From: Nitrosopumilus sp.
GTDB lineage: Archaea > Thermoproteota > Nitrososphaeria > Nitrososphaerales > Nitrosopumilaceae
Assembly (NCBI GenBank): GCA_965207075.1
Contig: CBDBLO010000002.1
Coordinates: forward strand, 1,568,001-1,632,000
DNA: 64,000 nucleotides
Reading direction: 5' to 3'
The notes below the pieces were generated by a model. That model did no database searches. It saw only the letters and a program-made list of their open reading frames with translations, and was not told the origin of the DNA. The number at the start of each line of letters is the position of its first letter. Position 1 is the first letter of the stretch. The position numbers were made by a program, and so were the translations under genes. This document shows, piece after piece, positions 57,478-64,000 of the stretch.

Positions 57478-58341
57478 ATGGCCTGCGTCAGAATCAACGG
57501 GGTCGAGCTGGCAGACGCGGTGAAGGCGGACGTCAAGGGATCCGTGCTCCGGCTCCAACGCGAAGGGGTCGAGGCGTGCCTTGCGACCATACTGGTCGGA
57601 GACGACCAGGCCTCGGCCACGTACGTCAGGAAAAAGCACGAGGCGTGCGCAGAGGTCGGGATCAACGCAACAGACCACAGGCTCGGGGCCGGCGTCGGGC
57701 AGGACGAGCTCAACGCCCTCATCGAGAGGCTGAACTCGGACGCCCGGGTGCACGGCATATTGCTCCAGCTTCCCCTGCCCGGACACTTGGACGCGCCAGG
57801 GGCGATATCGAGGATATCGCCAGAAAAGGACGTCGACGGGCTCGGCATATCCAACATGGGCCGCCTCGCGGCGGGGCAGGCCGGACACGTGCCGTGCACC
57901 CCGCTTGCAGTCATGTACATGCTGGACCACTTCAAGATAGATCTCGCGGGAAAGACGGTCGTGATAATAAACAGGAGCAGTCTCGTCGGCAAGCCCCTGT
58001 ACCACCTGCTTCTTGGCAGGGACGCGACCGTAATCACGTGCCACTCAAAAACCGGGGACATTGCCAGGTTCAGCGGCATGGCAGACGTGGTGATCACGGC
58101 AGTCGGCGACAGGAGCAGGTTCGAGCTGACGCCGGACATGATTAGCGAAGGGTGCGTCGTAATAGACGTGGCAATCACCCGGCACAACGGAAAGCTTGCA
58201 GGCGACGCGGACTATGAGAAGGTGGCATCAAAGGCCTCCCACGCGACGCCGGTGCCCGGCGGGGTCGGGCCCATGACAGTTGCGATGCTGCTAAAGAACA
58301 CCACGGCTGCGGCGGCGGGTGCAAACGGAATTGAGCTCTGA
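57478..58341 (+). CDS. folD: Methylenetetrahydrofolate dehydrogenase/cyclohydrolase
   Basis: QLPLP, KDVDG, PCTP, TPVPGGVGPMT. Confidence 0.95.
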   Translation: MACVRINGVELADAVKADVKGSVLRLQREGVEACLATILVGDDQASATYVRKKHEACAEVGINATDHRLGAGVGQDELNALIERLNSDARVHGILLQLPLPGHLDAPGAISRISPEKDVDGLGISNMGRLAAGQAGHVPCTPLAVMYMLDHFKIDLAGKTVVIINRSSLVGKPLYHLLLGRDATVITCHSKTGDIARFSGMADVVITAVGDRSRFELTPDMISEGCVVIDVAITRHNGKLAGDADYEKVASKASHATPVPGGVGPMTVAMLLKNTTAAAAGANGIEL

Positions 58342-58954
58342 GCGCGTGCAGGCAGAGAAGAGCAGGCTCCGCAAGCTCCTGCTTGAGAGGAGGGACGCCA
58401 CGTCGGCCGAGTACGCGGAGATTGCCGCGGGGCGCATACTGCGCAGGCTGCTCTCGTGCAGGGAGTTTTCAGAGGCCCTGACCGTGGGCGCGTACCACCC
58501 CATAGGAAGCGAGGTGCCCACGCTCGGGATAATATCAGAAACGATATCAGCCGGCAAGGAGCTCTACCTGCCAAGGGTGACGGACGACGAGGTGATGGAT
58601 TTTTGCCGCGTCCGCGACGTGTCAAAACTCGAGCGGGGCCGCAGGTACAGCGCGATAATGGAGCCGGCGGGCCCGTGCGCGGAGGCCCCGCCGCGCGGGC
58701 TTGACATGGTCATAGTGCCCTCCATAGCCGCGTCAGCCGACGGGCACAGGCTCGGCTACGGGCGCGGATACTATGACAGGTATCTTGAGAGGCGCAGGGG
58801 GGCCGCGACGACAGTATGCGCAATACTCTTTGAAAAGCAGGTCGCAAAAAGGATCCCGGCCGACCCGCACGACGCAAGGGTGGACATGATAGTAACCGAG
58901 AAAAGGACAAGATACGTGGACGGCGGGGCAGAACGCGCGGCGCGCGCCAGATGA
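58331..58954 (+). CDS. 5-formyltetrahydrofolate cyclo-ligase
   Basis: K..LR, SEV, RLGYGRGYYDR, HD..VD.IVTE. Confidence 0.92.
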   Translation: MSSERVQAEKSRLRKLLLERRDATSAEYAEIAAGRILRRLLSCREFSEALTVGAYHPIGSEVPTLGIISETISAGKELYLPRVTDDEVMDFCRVRDVSKLERGRRYSAIMEPAGPCAEAPPRGLDMVIVPSIAASADGHRLGYGRGYYDRYLERRRGAATTVCAILFEKQVAKRIPADPHDARVDMIVTEKRTRYVDGGAERAARAR

Positions 58955-58998
58955 TCCGGGTTCTGCGCGCGCCTCAAAAAAAAAAAGTCGAGCCGGCA

Positions 58999-60471
58999 TC
59001 AGGCACGCGAGGCCCCAAGCCCCTTTGCACGCGCATCCATGGCGTCCAGGCTCTGGGCGGAGCCTATGTCGCGCCTGTATTCTAGTCCCCCGGCCCTGAC
59101 GCACGAGTCGATTGCCTCGTTGACCCTGTCAGAGGCCCCCTGCACGGTGTCCGACGCGGCGCAAAACGCCACCACCCTGGACTTTTTGAGCGTGCGGTAT
59201 TTGTTGTACGCATGGCCGCCGCCCGGCGCGCCGTCATCGCCGGCGTGATCATGTGCATCACCATCACCGTCATTATCGCCATCGACTGCGCGCACGCAGG
59301 ACGCATAGTATGCCGTAACGCCCAGCCTGCCCGCCGAGTCGTCGTCCACCTCAAAGCAGGAGGCGTAAGGGCTGGCAGAGGGGTACTCCTTTGCAACCAG
59401 GTACTTGCAGACGCTCGCCTTGTTTGCAAAAGACACCGTGTCCCCGGACAGCGTGCCCTCCCACATGCGCACCAGCACCTCCGACAGCGGCGTCTCCAAT
59501 ACGGACATTATGTTGAGGCACTCCGGATCACCGAACCGGCTGTTGAACTCCATGAACCTGATTCCGTCCGCGGTCTTGAAGAACCCGCCGTTGAGCACGC
59601 CGGTAAACCCGAGGCCTCGCGCGCGCATGTCGTCTATCACCCTCTGCATTATAGTCTGGCAGTCCTCCAGATCCGAATCGGACAGAAACGGGAGCGTGAC
59701 GCAGTCAGAAAAGCAGCCCATGCCCCCCGTCCCGGGCCCCCTGTCGCCCTCGAGCCGGTACGGATAGTCGTACGTGGCGGGGGACATCACAAGATGCGTC
59801 CCGTCAGTGAGTCCCATGATGGTAAACTCAAGCCCGTCCAGCTTCTCGACTAGCAGCACCTGCTGCCGGCCACCGTGCGCTACAAGCAGCTCTGATGCAT
59901 ACCTGGCGCACTCCTCGTATGACGCCAGGTGCTCCGGCATCACCTTGACGCCCTTGCCCCCCGTCAGCCCCTGCGGCTTTACCACGAGGTGCATGCCGCG
60001 GGATTCAAACTCGGATATCGCATCGCCAAGCTGCCGCTCGTCCCGTACAATCCTGTAAAGCGGGGTATGCTCGGGGCAGAGCCGGTTCATCATCTCCATT
60101 GCATATACCTTGTCCCACTCTATGCGGGTGGCGGACTTGGTGCCGCCCACCGCCTTGAAGCCTTCGCGTACGAGGGCGTCCACCACCCCGTTGGCAAGCG
60201 GCTCGTCGGCGTTTACAAATGCATAATCTACAGAGTGCAGGCGGGCGTACTCCAGCACGGTATCCGGGTCGCTGGGGTTGCCAATTGTGTAATCACCGCC
60301 GGATCGCCTCGTACAGTCTGCAATGAGCGGGTTTTCGTGGGGCGTGACGGCGTACACGAGGGGCGCGTCCCGACTGCCGCCGGGAGGACTCTGCATCTCT
60401 GTCGCCGCGCCTGCAAGGTTTAGCGCAAAGGAGGCCTCGCGTCCGCCCCCGCCCACCAGGAGAAACTTCAT
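58999..60471 (-). CDS. purD: Phosphoribosylamine-glycine ligase
   Basis: GGGGRE, GKGV, GD.GP.TGGMG, EFNSRFGDPE, YRRDIG. Confidence 0.93.
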   Translation of the reverse strand: MKFLLVGGGGREASFALNLAGAATEMQSPPGGSRDAPLVYAVTPHENPLIADCTRRSGGDYTIGNPSDPDTVLEYARLHSVDYAFVNADEPLANGVVDALVREGFKAVGGTKSATRIEWDKVYAMEMMNRLCPEHTPLYRIVRDERQLGDAISEFESRGMHLVVKPQGLTGGKGVKVMPEHLASYEECARYASELLVAHGGRQQVLLVEKLDGLEFTIMGLTDGTHLVMSPATYDYPYRLEGDRGPGTGGMGCFSDCVTLPFLSDSDLEDCQTIMQRVIDDMRARGLGFTGVLNGGFFKTADGIRFMEFNSRFGDPECLNIMSVLETPLSEVLVRMWEGTLSGDTVSFANKASVCKYLVAKEYPSASPYASCFEVDDDSAGRLGVTAYYASCVRAVDGDNDGDGDAHDHAGDDGAPGGGHAYNKYRTLKKSRVVAFCAASDTVQGASDRVNEAIDSCVRAGGLEYRRDIGSAQSLDAMDARAKGLGASRA

Positions 60472-60705
60472 TCGGGTCGTAGTGACGGCGAGGTACGAAC
60501 GTAATTAAAAGATTGGACACGTACGGCCCACCTTTGACATGCCACATGCGGCGGCAAAGCGTGCGCGTGCCGGAACCGGCCCATACCAAGCCCCGCCGCG
60601 CGCGGTGCAGCCGCTCCCCCCCCCCCCCAAGCACACCGTCGCGCAGGGCGGCCCTGATCCTAGCTTTATAATGCCGCGCGCAGATGCCACAGCCAAGGGC
60701 CGACA

Positions 60706-63700
60706 ATGGAATTATCTCAGAAATTCGATGCCAAGCGCATAGAATTGCGCGTGAGGGGATATCTGGCCGAGACTGACGTCGCGTCGGATCTTCTCGAGTC
60801 CGCCAAGGACAGGGAAAAGGCCAGGTTCATAGAGGGGCCTCCCACCATGAACGGCCCGCCACACGTGGGGCACCTGAGGGGCAGGATAATCAAGGACTTG
60901 TGGTACAGGTTCAGCACGCTGCGCGGCGCGTACGTAGAGTTCAACGCCGGATGGGACACGCAGGGGCTGCCAATCGAGCTGCAGGCAGAAAAGGAGCTCG
61001 GGGTGACCGGCGGCAAGGCAGAGGCAATCGAGAGGTTTGGAATTGAGCGCATCGTGGCAGAGTGCAAAAAGATAGTCGCAAAGAACACCACGGAGTGGGA
61101 GGAGGCGGACAGGCAGCTTGGCATCTCGCTTGATCACGACAAGGCGTATCGCACATTTGATGACAAGTTCATAGAGCGCGAGTGGAAGATAATAAAAAGC
61201 GCAAAGGAGTCCGGCGTCATAAGGGAGGACTATACCGTAATCGCATACTGCCCGAGTTGCCAGACGTCGCTGAGCCACGCCGAGGTCGGGCAGGGATACA
61301 AGGAGGTGGTGGACCCCTCGATGTACTATACAGTAGAACTGGAAGGGGAGGCAGGCGTCGGCGAGGACGGCCGCGTCCATCTGGTGGTGTGGACCACCAT
61401 GCCTTTTACGCTGCTGACTGACGCGATGGTCGGCGTCCACCCCGACGAGGAGTACGCGTACGTCAGGGTCAGGCAGGATCCCGACGGTGGCAACGGTGGT
61501 GGTGGCGACAGTGACGGCAGGGTATGGGTAGTGGGCAAGACCCGGCTGGACGGATTCCTATCGGAGATAAAGGCAGAGTCCCACGAGATCATAAAGGTCG
61601 CAAAGGGCTCCAGCCTTGACGGCCTCGGCTACAAGCACCCCCTGCGCGACACCGTACCGGGGCTTGATGCAATGCTCAAAAAACACCCGGACAAGTACCA
61701 CAAGGTCGTGGCCGAGGAGTTCGTCGACGTCAATGCCGGAAGCGGCCTTGTGCACATAGCCCCCGCAAACGGCGAGGAGGACATCAAGGTGGCCGCCAAG
61801 CGGGGCGTCGAGGTCTTCTGCCCCATTGACGACCAGGTGCGGTTCACCTGGGAGGCCGGCGACAGGTATGCCGGCGTGCCCGTCAGGGATACGGACCGCG
61901 CGATAGTGGAGGAGCTAAGGGCGCGCGGCGCCCTGGTAAGGATAGGCCGGATAAAGCACAGCTATCCGCACTGCTGGCGCTCCGGGCACGCGCTCGTATG
62001 GCTTGCACGCAGGGGATATTTTTACGACACCGGTGTAATAGGAGGAAACGCCACGCGGGCCGCCGAGGAGGTCGAGTACTTTTTTGAGCAGCCAAGAAAC
62101 AGGTTCCTTGGCATAATAAACGACAGGCACCCCTGGTGCATATCAAGGGAGCGCATATGGGGATGCCCTCTGCCCGTGTGGAAGTGCAACGACTGCCAGG
62201 AATCCACGTGGCTCTATTCCAGATCCGAGATAGTGAACAACTCGGTGTACCTTCCCGACGGGGTTGATTTTGAACTGCACAGGCCCTGGATTGACAACGT
62301 AAAGGTGCGGTGCAGCAGCTGCAGCGGCGTGGACACGACAAGGGAGGACTTTGTGCTTGACACGTGGCACAACAGCGGCTCGGCCCCGTGGTCGTCGCTT
62401 GACGACTACACGTACCACAGCGACGTGCCGGCCCCGTTCCTGACAGAGGGGATTGACCAGACCCGCGGATGGGCCTACACGCTGCTCCTTGAGAACGTCA
62501 TACTCAGGGGGGAGCCCGAGGCCCCGTTCAGGGCGTTCCTGTTCCAGGGGCACGTGCTTGACGAGAACGGCCAAAAGATGAGCAAGAGCAAGGGAAACGT
62601 CCTAGAGGGCAGAAAGCTGCTCGAGGACCACCCGGCCGACATGATCCGCCTGTACTGCATGTGGAAGGCCTCGCCGATAGAGCCATTGAGCTTTAGCATA
62701 CAGGAGATGAACGCCAGGCCGCACCAGACCATCAGCACGCTGTACAACCTGCACCTGTACTTTGCGCAGAACAGCCGATACGACGGGTTCGACGAGTCGG
62801 CGCACACCGTGCAGTGGGCGGACGGCCAGGACCTGCTAAGGAAGCCGGAGAGGTGGCTGCTCTCAAGGCTGCAGGGGCTAATATCCAACGTGACGGAGAA
62901 AAACGAGAGGTGCAGGTTCCACGAGGCGGCCAGGGCGCTAGACGACTATATCGTCAACGCGTTCAGCCAGACGTACGTGAGGATGACAAGGGCCGAGATA
63001 TGGAACGAGGACGGCGACAACAGGGACAGAAGGCTGGCCATATACGCGGTACTGTGCCATGTGCTCAGGACGCTTGACGTGATGATGCACCCACTGTGCC
63101 CGTTTGTCACGGAGTATTTGTGGCAGTCCGCATTTGGCTCCGGCGATGCAGGCGGAGGCGCGGTGGGCAAAAGCATACTGCTCTCGGCATGGCCCAAGCG
63201 CGATGCTGGCATGGAGGATTCCGCGCTTGAAGGGTCATTTGACATGATGACAGGCGCGATATCGGCATGCGGCGCGGCCCGCATGTCCAAGAAGTTGAAG
63301 GGAAGGTGGCCTCTTGACGAGGCGGTCATATGCGTGCGCGCGGGGCAAAAGTCAAGGCTCGATCCGCTTGCCCCGATGCTCCAAGAGCAGATCAACGTCG
63401 AGAGGCTCTCAATCGTGGAGGCAGAGCACATGGGCGGCGACGGTGGCAGTGGCGCGGGAGACAGTGCAGGCGACGGTGGCAGTGGCGGCGCGGCCGGCGA
63501 GTCGGCCGCAAGGCTGGCCCTGGAACTTGAGGAGATCGGCATGCCCATTACAATAACGGCAGAGCTCAACGGCAAGAGCGCGGGCCCAAAGGCCAAAAGG
63601 CACATGCCAGACCTGGTAAGAAAGTTTGGAGAGACGCGCCCAAAGGAAATTGCAGAGTCGCTGCGCCGCCGCGGCTCCCACGACGTGCGCGTCGAAGACG

Positions 63701-64000
63701 GAGTTACAATAAGCCTTGACGGCGAGGACGTCGCGATAGGATACGACGCGGCCGAGGGGTACGCGACTGCCTCGAGGGGCGCCGGCGCTAATAGCTGCGC
63801 CGTATTTCTGACCACGTCAAGGAACAGGGAGATGACTGCAAAGGGGCTCGTAAAGGACGTCGCAAGGAGGCTGCAGTCGCTCAGAAAGGAGAGGGGCTAC
63901 AACCCCACAGACATGCTGGAGCGCGCGTCGATACTGGGGCTGACTGCAGAGCAGAGAGAGATGCTAGAGGAGAGGGCCGACGAGCTCGCGTTCCTGGTCA
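60706..64000 (+). CDS. ileS: Isoleucine-tRNA ligase (runs off window end, absent from ORF track)
   Basis: ATG at 60706. EGPPTMNGPPHVGH, GWDTQGLP, WTTMP, WCISRER.WG, EGIDQTRGW, KMSKS. Confidence 0.93.
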   Translation, partial: MELSQKFDAKRIELRVRGYLAETDVASDLLESAKDREKARFIEGPPTMNGPPHVGHLRGRIIKDLWYRFSTLRGAYVEFNAGWDTQGLPIELQAEKELGVTGGKAEAIERFGIERIVAECKKIVAKNTTEWEEADRQLGISLDHDKAYRTFDDKFIEREWKIIKSAKESGVIREDYTVIAYCPSCQTSLSHAEVGQGYKEVVDPSMYYTVELEGEAGVGEDGRVHLVVWTTMPFTLLTDAMVGVHPDEEYAYVRVRQDPDGGNGGGGDSDGRVWVVGKTRLDGFLSEIKAESHEIIKVAKGSSLDGLGYKHPLRDTVPGLDAMLKKHPDKYHKVVAEEFVDVNAGSGLVHIAPANGEEDIKVAAKRGVEVFCPIDDQVRFTWEAGDRYAGVPVRDTDRAIVEELRARGALVRIGRIKHSYPHCWRSGHALVWLARRGYFYDTGVIGGNATRAAEEVEYFFEQPRNRFLGIINDRHPWCISRERIWGCPLPVWKCNDCQESTWLYSRSEIVNNSVYLPDGVDFELHRPWIDNVKVRCSSCSGVDTTREDFVLDTWHNSGSAPWSSLDDYTYHSDVPAPFLTEGIDQTRGWAYTLLLENVILRGEPEAPFRAFLFQGHVLDENGQKMSKSKGNVLEGRKLLEDHPADMIRLYCMWKASPIEPLSFSIQEMNARPHQTISTLYNLHLYFAQNSRYDGFDESAHTVQWADGQDLLRKPERWLLSRLQGLISNVTEKNERCRFHEAARALDDYIVNAFSQTYVRMTRAEIWNEDGDNRDRRLAIYAVLCHVLRTLDVMMHPLCPFVTEYLWQSAFGSGDAGGGAVGKSILLSAWPKRDAGMEDSALEGSFDMMTGAISACGAARMSKKLKGRWPLDEAVICVRAGQKSRLDPLAPMLQEQINVERLSIVEAEHMGGDGGSGAGDSAGDGGSGGAAGESAARLALELEEIGMPITITAELNGKSAGPKAKRHMPDLVRKFGETRPKEIAESLRRRGSHDVRVEDGVTISLDGEDVAIGYDAAEGYATASRGAGANSCAVFLTTSRNREMTAKGLVKDVARRLQSLRKERGYNPTDMLERASILGLTAEQREMLEERADELAFLV

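Overview
High-GC archaeal DNA. Gene content and protein style (CdvC/Vps4, an Fe-ADH resembling thaumarchaeal malonic semialdehyde reductase, cupredoxin, F420-dependent enzymes, A-type ATPase F) point to Nitrosopumilaceae/Thaumarchaeota, possibly a Cenarchaeum-like symbiont (inference). Most of the window is housekeeping: tldD, udg, mpg, aspS, ilvBN-leuA-leuB, carAB, cdvC, gltA, uvrBAC, folD, purD and ileS. The main observation is in carB. It is interrupted inside its conserved GEFDYSG motif by a 21-nt in-frame insert carrying a TGA stop. The insert folds as an archaeal bulge-helix-bulge substrate whose predicted cuts restore the motif exactly, making it a candidate tRNA-endonuclease-spliced mRNA intron. 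Other observations: two different IS5-family elements stacked in one 8-bp target site, an intact IS66 element, a secreted protein of about 10 Cache-like domains, a diverged half-Amt protein, CTG-initiated genes, and small ORFs in the ilv/leu cluster. All calls come from reading the sequence and recalled family motifs. No database searches were run.
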